From the NCBI GenBank assembly GCA_040005235.1, contig JBDTZG010000005.1, forward strand, positions 96,001 through 160,000: 64,000 nucleotides of DNA. Reading direction: 5' to 3'. Below the pieces are notes generated by a model, which worked only from the letters and a program-made list of their open reading frames with translations, did no database searches and had not been told where the DNA came from. This document shows, piece by piece, positions 48,301-57,946 of this stretch. The DNA is from Acidobacteriota bacterium. Its GTDB lineage: Bacteria; Acidobacteriota; Thermoanaerobaculia; Multivoradales; UBA5704. The translations under genes were made by a program, and so were the position numbers. Numbering within the stretch: position 1 is the first letter of the stretch; each line of letters starts with the position of its first letter.

Positions 48301-48319
48301 GCTGGGCCACTCGCACTGA
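45317..48319 (+). CDS. Large TPR protein with acidic/Pro-rich linker (SgmX-like architecture)
   Basis: N-terminal TPR array; C-terminal DTHFNLGIAYREMGLIDEAIGEFQ. Confidence 0.8.
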   Translation: MAAVARDQIVQTAEKFVARGKIEPAIREYRKLLADNPNDINTLNRIGDLYARIQRVDEAIDFFTQIAESYTEEGFFVKAIAIYKKIIKLNPTLLEVYEALAELYAKQGLLNEARTQFQVLADYYQKHDNATSASAIYGRLVDLEPENPSHHVKLAEIFQQQKLFEKALGEYRTIAELMLAAGHVPEAAQVYERALAIDSQNLPFLTDAVLKLRQAGGQAAAARFLALAIERNPEAERIARLIGGEGTLSGATSPSARSTVPMPVQSLAPRVPEPEPVTQPFSVELDLDEEEPAPAPARDTKPGVPEWDQAFVDAAGAGSAASVAGVAPVVHEREREESGEIDLDLDEVFVLEMEEDEPASLVKPPPDMLGGAPRRPAWALDAEVQEEPAPEIFAKEPAPFEKPKSPAVRPSLEDDEATWSEIAEIDLGEMGRTGSFALIDPFREILEADQASQPAESSTSRLDAEELERTAAGLHARVPEQQEDLLTEAEVLARYGLEDKAIERLHDALRADPRHLEAYALLVQLHLDRGRLGPAAEVGQNMVNAVGRRKSEVWDQVRRKLVSVGIVVEETPALPAKAPPRAPAPAPEPLPRADFGGMFEELSPPPAPVTEASIPIEFSFDAVSPAIEPPVVEVAEPPVVETAEPPVVEVAEPPAPASAKAPAAKPRPSNVIDRELAALIGPAGKGKPARRPIPAAPVPAPVPPPVDPPVASPPTASIAAAPPAPPAPAPEVLSIPAEEDSAWELSPPPNEMFDPRGIAASLEDLDDEDFVVPGLREFGPPLSSTPEPPSLDDTSMSWLDEAEAMRSAEPAAPALAAPASGRSDRAFSDDDFFDLAGELEQELEREVGGGDLLAGPAEQTLEEIVEGFKKGVSENLSSTDYDTHFNLGIAYREMGLIDEAIGEFQLAAKDRSFLVSCCSNLGLCFLEKGIPELAVKWYRRGLDAPGISEDDSLGLLYDLGNAHLSTGDNDTAYKTFVELYGINSNYRDVVARIEELGHSH

Positions 48320-48374
48320 AACGGTGCTTTTCCTGGGCTCGCCAGGCCCCTGCCCGGCTTTTTTCGGCGTCGTC

Positions 48375-49502
48375 CTACCCCGTGAACTTCCCTTCGGCGA
48401 TCCGCTCCTCGCGCTTCTCGGCGAATTGGGCGATCAATTTCGCCATGAACTCGGGCAGCTTCTCGTACAGCCGCTTCGGTTCGCGGCGCACCCCTTTACC
48501 CAAGATGTAGGCGGTCAGCAGCGGCAACACGATCGTCGAGTCGTTGTAGACCACCACCGCGTCGGGCAGTTTGTCCGGATCGACCTTCCCCCACGAGACC
48601 GCCTCGCCCGGTGTCGCGCCCGAGAGACCGCCGGTGTCGGGCCGGGCGTCGGTGATCTGGAGGAAATAGTCGTGACCGGCTTCCGACAGGCCGAGCACCT
48701 CCTGGATCTGCGGCTCGGTCTGGAGCAGGAAGTTCTTCGGGCTGCCGCCGCCGACGATCCAGCAGGCCGACTTGCCGCCGGATTCTTTCGCCTGCCAGAC
48801 GATCGACGCCGATTGGTTGACGTCGGCGTTGATGTCGAAGTTGAGCTTCGACCCTTCGAGCGACAGCTCGGCGACGTTCATGCCGATCGAGCTGTCGCCG
48901 GGCGACGAGGTGAAGATCGGCACCGCGTTCCGGTAGGCGGCGGCGATCAACGAGGTGCCCACCAGGTCGAGCTTCTCCTCGACCGCGGCGACGTAGCGGC
49001 CCACCCGGTAGTGGAACTCGGGGGTGGACATCGACTTGTCGAACTCCGGCTGGCGCATCACCATGCGGTAGAACTTGTCGGTCTCCAAAAGGACCGAGTA
49101 GTCGAACACGATGTCGTAGATTCGAACCACGCCCTCTTCGCGCAGCACCACGTCGTTCCAGGCCGGATTGCCGCGGTGGAGCTTCAAGCCGATCGCGTGG
49201 TGCGTGTCGTGGTAGAGGTTCGCGCCGGTCGAGATCATCCAATCGATGCAGCCGGCTTCGATCAGAGGAACCAGGCACGACTTGCCGTAGCCGCCGGGGG
49301 TGAGTGCGCCGGAAAGCGACATGCCGACCGTCACGTCCTCCTGGAGCATCTTCTCGGTCAGCAGCTCGCACGCCTCGCGCAGCCTGGCCCCGTTATAGGC
49401 CGTGAACGCCCGATCGATCACCTCGACCAGACTCTCTTTGCCGGTGAGCGGTTCGGGGAAAATGCGCTTGCCGGAAAGGTGCCGGCCCTGAGTGTGATTC
49501 AT
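48375..49502 (-). CDS. speY: Deoxyhypusine synthase-family protein (SpeY-like homospermidine synthesis)
   Basis: [17 protein letters not shown] and [16 protein letters not shown] motifs. Confidence 0.85.
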   Translation of the reverse strand: MNHTQGRHLSGKRIFPEPLTGKESLVEVIDRAFTAYNGARLREACELLTEKMLQEDVTVGMSLSGALTPGGYGKSCLVPLIEAGCIDWMISTGANLYHDTHHAIGLKLHRGNPAWNDVVLREEGVVRIYDIVFDYSVLLETDKFYRMVMRQPEFDKSMSTPEFHYRVGRYVAAVEEKLDLVGTSLIAAAYRNAVPIFTSSPGDSSIGMNVAELSLEGSKLNFDINADVNQSASIVWQAKESGGKSACWIVGGGSPKNFLLQTEPQIQEVLGLSEAGHDYFLQITDARPDTGGLSGATPGEAVSWGKVDPDKLPDAVVVYNDSTIVLPLLTAYILGKGVRREPKRLYEKLPEFMAKLIAQFAEKREERIAEGKFTG

Positions 49503-49551
49503 CGAGATCTCCTCGCGGGATGAATAGGGAGCGGAGTGCAGATTGTATCTC

Positions 49552-50202
49552 TCACTCATCCCGCAACGGCACCAAACCTTCGCGCACGGCAAACAGCGCG
49601 GCCTGGGTGCGGTCTTCCACCCCGAGCTTCGACAACACGGCGGAGACGTGTCCTTTCACTGTGCCTTCCGAGAGGTGGAGGGCCTTGGCGATCTCCTTGT
49701 TCGAGCGGCCGCGGCCGATCAGCTGGAGGACGGCCAGCTCGCGCTCGGTCAGCTCTTCGGCGACCGGCCGGCCGCCTCCGGCCACCCGGCGCATCAGGTG
49801 GCGCTGGGCTTCGGCGTGGAGCGCCGGGCGCCCTTCGGCGACCGCGCGGATCGAGCGCAGCAGCTCCTCCTTGAGGACGTCCTTGAGCAGGAAGCCGTGG
49901 GCCCCAGCGGCGATCGCGCGGCGGACGTGGGGCTCGTCGGCGAAGGAGGTGAGCACCAGAACGTGGACGCCCGGCGCTTCGGCGAGGATGCGTCGCGTCG
50001 CTTCGATGCCGTCGAGCCTCGGCATCATTAGATCCATCAGCACGACGTCGGGAGTGAGATCGAGCGCCAAAGCCACGGCCTCCTCGCCGTTCCTCGCCTC
50101 GCCGACGACGGAAAAGTCGGTCTCTTCGGAAAACAGGGTGCAAAGTCCCTCGCGAACGATCTCGTGATCGTCGGCGACCAGGACCCGGACGTGTGAATTC
50201 AT
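49552..50202 (-). CDS. NarL/LuxR-family response regulator
   Basis: ADDH, LMDLMMP and LTERE...SNKEIA motifs. Confidence 0.95.
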   Translation of the reverse strand: MNSHVRVLVADDHEIVREGLCTLFSEETDFSVVGEARNGEEAVALALDLTPDVVLMDLMMPRLDGIEATRRILAEAPGVHVLVLTSFADEPHVRRAIAAGAHGFLLKDVLKEELLRSIRAVAEGRPALHAEAQRHLMRRVAGGGRPVAEELTERELAVLQLIGRGRSNKEIAKALHLSEGTVKGHVSAVLSKLGVEDRTQAALFAVREGLVPLRDE

Positions 50203-51446
50203 GGCGACTCCCCGCGGTGAACGATCGCCTGGACGATGGTTCCACCGCCCGGCCGGGAGGATAGGCGCAGGCGACCGCCCTGGCGTTCCATCCGTTCGCG
50301 CATCGCGGTGATTCCCAGCCCTTCGCCGGGAGCTGCGCCGGCCGGGCGCGGCTTCCGGCGGTTCGGGTGGAAGCCGACTCCGTCGTCGACCACCCGAATC
50401 TCGATCCGCGGTCCTTCTTGGGCGAGCAACACCGTCGCCTCTTCGACCTTGGCGTGTTTGGCCACGTTGGCGAGCGCCTCTTGCGCCACCCGAAAGAGTG
50501 TGTGCTCCAGATCGTCGTCCTCTCCGTCATAGCCGCGCAGGAGGAACGCCACCTTGAGGCCGTCCTTGGCATGCTCGCGGATCAGGTTGCGTAGCGCCGC
50601 GATCAGGCCGCCTTCGATCCGCACTCCGGGATCGCCCGGCGCCGAAAGCTCGGCGAGCGGGGGAGAGGGCGGGCGCAGCTCGGCGAGCAGGCTGCGCATT
50701 TCGGCGAGCGCCGTGCCGGACAGCTCGACCAGCCGCTCGGTGCGCCGCTCGCCTTCGGCCGGGTCGCGCTTCCAGGCGGGGGCGAGCGTCTGGGCGATCA
50801 GCGCCAGGCTGAACATCTTCTGGGTCACCGAATCGTGCAGCTCGCGGGCGAGCCGGTTTCTCTCTTCGAGCACGGCGCTCTGCTGGACCCGCTCGTAAAG
50901 CCGGGCGTTTTCGATCGCTACCGCGGCGTGGCGGCCGAGCAGACCGAGGATCTCGACGTCCTTCTCGTCGAACCGGCGCGGCGGGGGGGCGCCGATGCCG
51001 AAAAAGCCGATCAGCCGATCGCGCCAGAAGATCGGCATGCCGAGCACCGCGTTGGCCGCCAGCTCGGGCAGGATCGGCAGAACCGGCAGCGGCACCTGGT
51101 CGTAGCGTTCGAGCACCACCGCGGCGCGCCGCTCCAGCACCAGGCCGGCGAGGCCCACGCCGGAATGCATTTCGCGCCCCAGCTCGGCGAGCGGCATGCG
51201 GTAGATCGCCTCGGTGCGAAAGACCACCCGCCTCTCGTCGTACAGACCGATCGAGCCGTCCCAGGCGTCGAGCAGCTCACAGGCGTGGCGGACGATCGAA
51301 GTAAGCAGCGGCCGCAGCTCCAGCTCGCTCGAAATCTCCTCGACCACCTGGCGCAGGCCGTCGTATTGTCGGACGAGCCGTAGGAAGCGATCGGCCTCGG
51401 CCGGATCGGATTCGGCCGGAGGCGCGTCGGCCGGGCCGGGCTTCAT
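50199..51446 (-). CDS. Cytoplasmic GAF + HisKA_3 sensor histidine kinase
   Basis: ERNRLARELHDSVTQ, QEALANVAKHA and DDGVGF motifs. Confidence 0.93.
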   Translation of the reverse strand: MKPGPADAPPAESDPAEADRFLRLVRQYDGLRQVVEEISSELELRPLLTSIVRHACELLDAWDGSIGLYDERRVVFRTEAIYRMPLAELGREMHSGVGLAGLVLERRAAVVLERYDQVPLPVLPILPELAANAVLGMPIFWRDRLIGFFGIGAPPPRRFDEKDVEILGLLGRHAAVAIENARLYERVQQSAVLEERNRLARELHDSVTQKMFSLALIAQTLAPAWKRDPAEGERRTERLVELSGTALAEMRSLLAELRPPSPPLAELSAPGDPGVRIEGGLIAALRNLIREHAKDGLKVAFLLRGYDGEDDDLEHTLFRVAQEALANVAKHAKVEEATVLLAQEGPRIEIRVVDDGVGFHPNRRKPRPAGAAPGEGLGITAMRERMERQGGRLRLSSRPGGGTIVQAIVHRGESP

Positions 51447-51859
51447 GGTTCGGCGGTTGGGGGCGGCTCGATCGGGGCGGGCTGGCCCTTGGCATCGACG
51501 TGGACGTAGACCACTTCCGCCTCGGTCACCTTAACCCGGACGTGCGCCTGCTCCCCGCGCTGGCGCTCCGCCTCGACCACCACCCGTACCGTGACCGACG
51601 TCCGGCCGAGCTTCTCGGTGGCGGTAAAGAACGACACCAGATCGCCGACGAACACCGGCTGGTGGAACACCACCTCGCGCATCGCCACCGTCACCAGGCG
51701 GCCGGCGCCGTGGCGATACGCTTCGACCGCGCCCGCCTGGTCGATGTAGGACAAGATGATGCCGCCGAAGATCGTTCCCAGGGCATTGGTATCCTTGGGC
51801 ATCATCAGAACGCGGATCGCCGGCTGCCGCACCGTGTCTTGGCTCGCTTCGCTCATCAT
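51443..51859 (-). CDS. Hotdog acyl-CoA thioesterase (YciA-like)
   Basis: MPKDTNALGTIFGG. Confidence 0.9.
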   Translation of the reverse strand: MMSEASQDTVRQPAIRVLMMPKDTNALGTIFGGIILSYIDQAGAVEAYRHGAGRLVTVAMREVVFHQPVFVGDLVSFFTATEKLGRTSVTVRVVVEAERQRGEQAHVRVKVTEAEVVYVHVDAKGQPAPIEPPPTAEP

Positions 51860-51999
51860 TTTCCCTCGCTGGAGCTTCTACCGGCTCGGGCGGCATGCTA
51901 TCCTAGAGGTTCCGAAGAGGAGTTTCTGCGCTTCGCAACCCAGGTTGAGACAGGCAGTTGACCCCGTCCTAAGCCCAGACCAGATCGGCTTCCGCATTG

Positions 52000-52596
52000 A
52001 TGTCATCCCTAGCGACTCCCGAATCTCCGATCGTTCCGGTTCCCGACGCCGTGTTGTTGCGGCTGATCGGTGAGCGCCGGCCAGAGGCCCTTCAGGAGCT
52101 CTACCGGCGTCATGCCTCGAATCTTCTTGCCCTGGGCAAGCGGATCCTGAACACGCTGGAAGATGCGGAAGAGGTGCTGCAAGAGGTCTTCCTCCGCGTC
52201 TGGCAGGAGCACCTTCGCTACGATTCCGAACGTTCGTCCGTTTCCACCTGGCTGGTCTTGATCATGCGCAGCCGCGCGATCGACCGGCTGCGCAATCGGC
52301 GGGTGGTGGAGCGGGTCCACGGCGCGGCGTACCAAGAGGGAGGAGATTCCTATACATCCCCCGAAGGTGCGGTGAACGTATTAGATAGACAGAGAGAGGG
52401 GCGGGTGCGGTCCGAGCTCCTCAGCCTTCCGGCCGAGCAGCGACAAGCGCTGGAGATGGCCTTCTTTGAGGGCCTCACGCAGAGCGAGATTTCCGAGCGA
52501 ACGGGCATCCCGCTGGGAACCGTAAAAACTCGAACCCTGCTCGCGATGAAAAAACTGCGCAAAAACCTCCGTCAAGAGATCCGAGAGCTGCTGTGA
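52000..52596 (+). CDS. ECF sigma factor (SigK-like)
   Basis: AEEVLQEVF, RSRAIDRLR and GIPLGTVKTR motifs. Confidence 0.92.
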   Translation: MSSLATPESPIVPVPDAVLLRLIGERRPEALQELYRRHASNLLALGKRILNTLEDAEEVLQEVFLRVWQEHLRYDSERSSVSTWLVLIMRSRAIDRLRNRRVVERVHGAAYQEGGDSYTSPEGAVNVLDRQREGRVRSELLSLPAEQRQALEMAFFEGLTQSEISERTGIPLGTVKTRTLLAMKKLRKNLRQEIRELL

Positions 52597-53612
52597 ACAT
52601 CGAAACCGACAGCATGGCGCCCGATTCGGCCGATCCCGAGGACCAGGCGATCCTTGAGGCCCTCGATGCCTTCGCGATGGGCGAAGGATCGGCGGAGGGA
52701 TCTGCCGACGAGGCTCTGCGCCGTCTCTACGTCGAGGTCCTGGGCCTGCTGCCGGCGAGCCTCGACCGGGAAGTTCCCGAGGATCGGGTCTGGCAGCGGC
52801 TGGCCGCCGATCTGGGTTTCCCGGCGATGGCGGGCGATTCCCCGGCGGTGGTTGCGGAAAGCGCGTCCCTCCCCGCGGCCGAAGCGCCGTTGGCTCCCAT
52901 GGCTCCCATGGCTCCGGTGGCTTCGGTGGCTCCAATTGCTCCGGCGGCTCCGATGGCTCCGGTTGCCCCCATGGCTGCAATGCCTTCGGCCTCGCCGATC
53001 GAATTCCCCCCGGTGGACCGGTCGGCCACCGTGCCGTTCGCTCCGACCGGTTCCCGCACCGCGATGCGGCGCCAGTCCCGCTGGCCTTTGGCGCTCGCGG
53101 CGACCCTCGCCTTCGCGCTCGCCGGACTCTCGCTCTATCTGCTGCGCAACCTCAACGAGCAGTCCGACCAGGTGGCGGCGCTCTACGTCAAGCTCGCGGC
53201 GGCGGAGCGGCAGACCGCGGACGCACAGCAGGCGAAGAAAAAGCTGGAAGACATGGAAGGCAAGTACTCCTTGGTGACCGACCCGGGGGTCTCGATCAAC
53301 CGGCTCGCGCCGGCCGCCGAGCTGGTCCAGCCGGACGCCCGCGGCATCTTGTTCGTCGCCTCCGACCACAGCCATTGGGTCCTCTCGCTCTCGAACCTCC
53401 ATCCGACCGAGACCGGCAAGGGGTATCAACTCTGGTTCATGGGCGAGAGCGCGGCGGTCTCGGGCGGCACGTTCACGGCACGCCCGGGCGAGGTGGTGAA
53501 GCTCTCCGCCGAGTCGATGCCCGCCGGAACCAAGGCGATCCTGATCACCTTGGAGCCCGCGGCGGGATCGCCGTTGCCGTCCGGTCCCAAAGTTCTGACC
53601 ACCGTCGGCTGA
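52593..53612 (+). CDS. Anti-sigma factor, RskA family
   Basis: TM segment; YQLWF and ITLEPAAGSPLPSGP motifs; start overlaps the sigma stop. Confidence 0.88.
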   Translation: MNIETDSMAPDSADPEDQAILEALDAFAMGEGSAEGSADEALRRLYVEVLGLLPASLDREVPEDRVWQRLAADLGFPAMAGDSPAVVAESASLPAAEAPLAPMAPMAPVASVAPIAPAAPMAPVAPMAAMPSASPIEFPPVDRSATVPFAPTGSRTAMRRQSRWPLALAATLAFALAGLSLYLLRNLNEQSDQVAALYVKLAAAERQTADAQQAKKKLEDMEGKYSLVTDPGVSINRLAPAAELVQPDARGILFVASDHSHWVLSLSNLHPTETGKGYQLWFMGESAAVSGGTFTARPGEVVKLSAESMPAGTKAILITLEPAAGSPLPSGPKVLTTVG

Positions 53613-53665
53613 TGCGACCCCGGCAGTAAAACCTCCGATTCCGATCGGCTGTTACGATCGGGTCG

Positions 53666-55063
53666 GTGTCTGCTCCCGCTCACGAAACGGTTTCCGCTCT
53701 TCGCGCGCTGCTTGCCGCGGATAGAGTGCTCGACGATCCGGACTCGCGCGCCCTCTACGGCACCGACTGGACCCGGGTCTTCCCGCCCGATCCGCTCGCC
53801 GTCGTCTTTCCCCGGTCGGTCGACGAGGTCGCGCGGATCGTCCGGTTCGCCAACGAGCGCCGCCTGCCGCTCGTGCCCTCTGGCGGCCGGACGGGGCTCT
53901 CCGGCGGCGCGGTGGCGGCCCGCCAGGAGATCGTGGTCTCGCTCCGCGAGATGAATCGAATTCTCGACTTCTCGACCATCGATCGCACCGTTCGGGTTGA
54001 GGCAGGGGTTCCGACCGCTGCGGTGCAGGCCTTCGCGCGAGAGCGGGACCTGTTCTTCCCCATCGATTTCGCCGCAGCGGGGTCCGCGCAGATCGGCGGC
54101 AACGTCGCGACCAATGCAGGCGGCGTGCGGGTCGTGCGCCATGGCTCGATGCGCGAATGGGTGGCGGGCCTTAAAGTCGTCACCGGAACGGGTGAGATCC
54201 TCGACCTGAACCGCGGGTTGGTAAAAAACGCCACCGGCTACGATTTCCGCCATCTGTTCATCGGCAGCGAAGGAACGCTCGGCATCGTCGTCGAAGCGAC
54301 CCTCCGGCTCGATCGGCTCCCCGGACCGCGAGCCGTGTTGCTGGCGGGTGTATGCGGTTTCCGCTCGCTGGTCGATCTGTTCGTCGAGCTGCGGCGCTCC
54401 TGCCCGCTCGGCGCCTATGAGTTCGTCTCCGACTCTGCCCTGCGCCCGGTGCTCACGGCCAGAAATCTCACTCCGCCGTTCGCCGAGAGCTACCCATTCT
54501 ATGCCCTTGCGGAAGTGGAAGCGCGCGATGAATCGGCGCTCGCCCCAGCCCTCGCGGTTCTGGAGCGGTCGATCGCCGCGGGCCAGGTGGTCGATGCCGT
54601 GGTGGCCCGTGAGGAGCCCGACTGCCGGCAGCTTTGGCAGATGCGCGAATCGATCTCCGAGACGATCGCTCCCCGCCTGCCGTACAAGAACGACCTTTCG
54701 GTCGTCGTCTCCGCCCTGCCGGAATTTCTCGCCGCGGCGGACGCGCTGATCGCTCTGAGCTACCCAGGGTGGGAGATCCTCTGGTACGGCCACATCGGCG
54801 ACGGCAATCTCCACCTCAATATCCTTCGCCCCGAAGAGGTCTCGCGGGAGGACTTCCTCGCCCGCTGCGAGTCGGTCACCGAGGAGATCGCTTCGCTCGT
54901 CGGCCGTTTCGGCGGCAGCGTCTCGGCGGAGCATGGCGTCGGTCTGCTCAAGCGGAAGGTGCTCCACCACAGCCGGAGCGCGGCCGAGATTGCGGCGATG
55001 CGGCAGATCAAGAAGGCGTTCGATCCGAACGGCATCTTGAACCCCGGCAAGATTTTTCCTTAG
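53666..55063 (+). CDS. FAD-linked oxidase (D-2-hydroxyacid dehydrogenase/GlcD-like)
   Basis: GGRTGLSGG, IGSEGTLG, GHIGDGNLH, SAEHGVG and LNPGK motifs. Confidence 0.92.
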   Translation: MSAPAHETVSALRALLAADRVLDDPDSRALYGTDWTRVFPPDPLAVVFPRSVDEVARIVRFANERRLPLVPSGGRTGLSGGAVAARQEIVVSLREMNRILDFSTIDRTVRVEAGVPTAAVQAFARERDLFFPIDFAAAGSAQIGGNVATNAGGVRVVRHGSMREWVAGLKVVTGTGEILDLNRGLVKNATGYDFRHLFIGSEGTLGIVVEATLRLDRLPGPRAVLLAGVCGFRSLVDLFVELRRSCPLGAYEFVSDSALRPVLTARNLTPPFAESYPFYALAEVEARDESALAPALAVLERSIAAGQVVDAVVAREEPDCRQLWQMRESISETIAPRLPYKNDLSVVVSALPEFLAAADALIALSYPGWEILWYGHIGDGNLHLNILRPEEVSREDFLARCESVTEEIASLVGRFGGSVSAEHGVGLLKRKVLHHSRSAAEIAAMRQIKKAFDPNGILNPGKIFP

Positions 55064-55629
55064 AGGAGCCGCCGGTAGCGCGGCCAATCGAAACACGGCC
55101 CCGGGTCGGTCTTCCGGCCGGGGGCTATCTCCGAATGCCCGACGATCTCCTCGATCGGGTAGGCGCTTTGTAGAGCGCGGGAGAGCTGCGCGAGGCGCAG
55201 GTACTGCTTGCCGGTAAATGGCCGGTCGTCGCACCCTTCGAGCTCGATGCCGAGCGAAAAATCATTGCAGGCGCTTCGCCCGCGCCAGGACGAGACCCCC
55301 GCGTGCCAGGCGCGCTTGGCGCACGGGACGAGCTGAATCAGCTCTCCGCCGCGGCGGAGAAAAAAATGCGCCGAGACCTTCAGGCTAGCGATCGTCGCAA
55401 AGTAGGAATGCCCGGAGGGGTCGAGCCGGTTGGTGAAGAAGTCCAGGACCGCTTTGCCCCCGAACTCGCCCGGCGGCAGGCTGATCGCGTGGATCACCAG
55501 CAGGCGCACGAGGCTCCCCACGGGGCGGTCGTCGCAGTTGGGGGACGGGACGCGGCGGGCGCCCGAGAGCCATCCTTCCGGGCTGACCTCAGGATGGGCC
55601 CGCCGGGCGGGCGCGCGGGGATTCTCCAT
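55060..55629 (-). CDS. ampD: 1,6-anhydro-N-acetylmuramyl-L-alanine amidase
   Basis: IHAISLPPGEFG, RAWHAG and GHSEIAPGRKTDPG motifs. Confidence 0.93.
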   Translation of the reverse strand: MENPRAPARRAHPEVSPEGWLSGARRVPSPNCDDRPVGSLVRLLVIHAISLPPGEFGGKAVLDFFTNRLDPSGHSYFATIASLKVSAHFFLRRGGELIQLVPCAKRAWHAGVSSWRGRSACNDFSLGIELEGCDDRPFTGKQYLRLAQLSRALQSAYPIEEIVGHSEIAPGRKTDPGPCFDWPRYRRLL

Positions 55630-55686
55630 GGCGTCGATTAGGATACGCGAGGGGTCGCGCATTTCAGCCAAATTCGAGGAGGCTTG

Positions 55687-56874
55687 ATGGACATTCGTAA
55701 CCTTGTGCTCGTCGACGGGGTCCGCACCCCGATGCTTTCCTACAACGGCGATTTCGCCGAAATCACTGCGATCGATCTCGCGGCCCACGCGTCGCGGGCA
55801 TTGTTCGAGCGGACCGAAATCGCGCCGACCGAGATTGACCAGACGTTCGTCGGCAACGCCCTCCAGACTTCGGCCGACGCGATCTATGGTGCCCGCCACG
55901 TGGCGTTGAAGGCGGGGGTGCCGAAGGAGGTCCCGGCGCTCACCGTCAATCGGCTGTGCGGCTCGGGCATCCAGTCGGTGATCTCAGGCTCGCACGCGAT
56001 CCTCGCGGGCGAAGCCGCGACCTGCCTGGTCGGCGGAATGGAAAACATGTCGCAGGCGCCGCACGTGATCCGCGGCGCGCGAAAAGGCTTCCGGCTCGGC
56101 CAGGGGGCGCTCGAAGATTTGTTGATGGCGTCGCTCAACGATCCGTTCTGCGGTTGCTACATGGCCCAGACCAGCAACAATCTGGCGCGCGACTATTCGA
56201 TCTCGCGCGAGGAGCAGGACACCTTCGCGATCCGCTCGCAACAGCGCGCGGGAGCCGGCTGGAGCAGCGGCAAGCTGGCCGAAGAGGTGGCGCCGATCGA
56301 GGTGGGGAAGGGTAAGCGGGCAAAAAAGATCGAGCGCGACGACCACCTGCGCCCCGAGACCACGATGGAAGACCTCGCGGGGCTCCCGACCGCGTTCGAC
56401 AAGGACGGCTTCGTCACGGCGGGCAACGCCTCGGGAATCGTCGACGGCGCGGCGATGATGATTCTTTCGACCGAGGAACGGGCGGCGGAGCGGGGCTGGA
56501 AGCCTCTCGCTCGCATCCTTTCCTGGAGCGTCGTCGGGGTCGAGCCATCGCGCATGGGGATCGGCCCTGCGCCCGCGATCCGCGCGGCGCTTAAAGTAGC
56601 CGGCATGGCGCTCTCCGACCTCGACCTGATCGAGATCAACGAGGCGTTTGCCGGTCAGATCCTCGCGGTGGCCAAAGACCTGGAGCTGGACATGGAGAAG
56701 CTCAACGTCAACGGCGGAGCGATCGCCCTCGGCCATCCGCTCGGAGCGTCCGGAACGCGGCTGCTGATCACCCTCACCAAAGAGCTGGCGCGCCGCGGCG
56801 GTGGTACGGGAGTGGCCTCGGCCTGCATCGGCGGCGGTCAGGGGATCGCGATGATCGTCGAGTCGATCGGGTAA
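55687..56874 (+). CDS. Acetyl-CoA C-acyltransferase (thiolase)
   Basis: [19 protein letters not shown] and CIGGGQG motifs. Confidence 0.95.
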   Translation: MDIRNLVLVDGVRTPMLSYNGDFAEITAIDLAAHASRALFERTEIAPTEIDQTFVGNALQTSADAIYGARHVALKAGVPKEVPALTVNRLCGSGIQSVISGSHAILAGEAATCLVGGMENMSQAPHVIRGARKGFRLGQGALEDLLMASLNDPFCGCYMAQTSNNLARDYSISREEQDTFAIRSQQRAGAGWSSGKLAEEVAPIEVGKGKRAKKIERDDHLRPETTMEDLAGLPTAFDKDGFVTAGNASGIVDGAAMMILSTEERAAERGWKPLARILSWSVVGVEPSRMGIGPAPAIRAALKVAGMALSDLDLIEINEAFAGQILAVAKDLELDMEKLNVNGGAIALGHPLGASGTRLLITLTKELARRGGGTGVASACIGGGQGIAMIVESIG

Positions 56875-56881
56875 CCTCCCC

Positions 56882-57658
56882 ATGGGTGCCGGCTTAGGCC
56901 TCGAAGGGCGCAGGGTGCTGATCACCGGCGGCAGCCGGGGAATCGGCGCCGCCTGCGCCAGGGCGTTCGCCGAAGCCGGGTCCGCCGTATTGGTCCAATA
57001 CCGGGATCACGCCGAGGCGGCGGAGCGCCTCCTCGGCGAGCTGCCCGCCCCTGCCGAGTTCGGCCATCTCGCCTGGGGCGTCGATCTGTCGAACCCGCAA
57101 GAGATCCCGGCGCTGTTCGAATTCGTCCGCGAGCGCTGGAGCGGCCTCGATGTGCTGGTGAACAACGCCGGAATCTGGGTCGAAGGCCCCCTCGCGAAGC
57201 TCGACGGCAGGGGACTGGCGAAACACCTGGCCGCCACCCTCGCGCTCAACCTCGCGGCACCGTTCCATCTGATCCGCGAAGCGCTGCCGCTGTTCGCCGG
57301 CTCGCCCGGCCCGTCGATCATCAACGTCAGCTCGACCGCCGGCCAGTGCGGCGAATCGCACTACAGCGCTTACGCCGCAAGCAAAGGAGCGCTGATTGCG
57401 GCGACCAAGTCCTGGGCGGTCGAGCTGGCGCCCAAAATCCGGGTGAACGCCGTGGCCCCCGGCTGGGTGACGACCGACATGATTGCTGAGGCGCTCGCCG
57501 GAGAGGAGGGCGCGAAAGCCGCCGCGGGAATCCCTTTAGGGAAGATCGCGACGGCCGACGACATCGCGGGGCCGATTTTGTTTCTTGCCTCGTCGCTCGC
57601 GCGGCACGTGACCGGCGAGGTGCTGAACGTGAACGGGGGCAGCGTGTTGTGCGGGTGA
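56882..57658 (+). CDS. SDR family oxidoreductase (FabG-like)
   Basis: TGGSRGIG, NNAG and YAASK motifs. Confidence 0.92.
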   Translation: MGAGLGLEGRRVLITGGSRGIGAACARAFAEAGSAVLVQYRDHAEAAERLLGELPAPAEFGHLAWGVDLSNPQEIPALFEFVRERWSGLDVLVNNAGIWVEGPLAKLDGRGLAKHLAATLALNLAAPFHLIREALPLFAGSPGPSIINVSSTAGQCGESHYSAYAASKGALIAATKSWAVELAPKIRVNAVAPGWVTTDMIAEALAGEEGAKAAAGIPLGKIATADDIAGPILFLASSLARHVTGEVLNVNGGSVLCG

Positions 57659-57704
57659 TGGCCGCCCGCCAGCCTTCGGTTATCACCAGCCCCTAGGCCG
57701 CGGG

Positions 57705-57936
57705 GTAGAGACGTCCCCAGGACGCAACCACGATCCTCTCCGGGTGCTGGCTGTCGGGGCGTCTCCGGTCAACCACGACAGTCGATCGCGGGCAGGGCGG
57801 ATGGGCGGGGCGCGCTATACCTGCTATCCCTGCCTGTTTTGCGCTTCGTGGGCGCCTGTGGTCGTTGTTGCGCTGGAGACGCCCCGACGGCTAGCACCCG
57901 GATAGGATCGTGGTTGCGTCCTGGGGACGTCTCTAC
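57705..57936. mobile_element. REPIN-like element: inverted doublet of 62-bp GTAG-type REPs
   Basis: Arms 57705-57766 and 57875-57936 are reverse complements with 3 mismatches; GTAG/CTAC ends. Confidence 0.8.
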
Positions 57937-57946
57937 TCCCTGCGTG

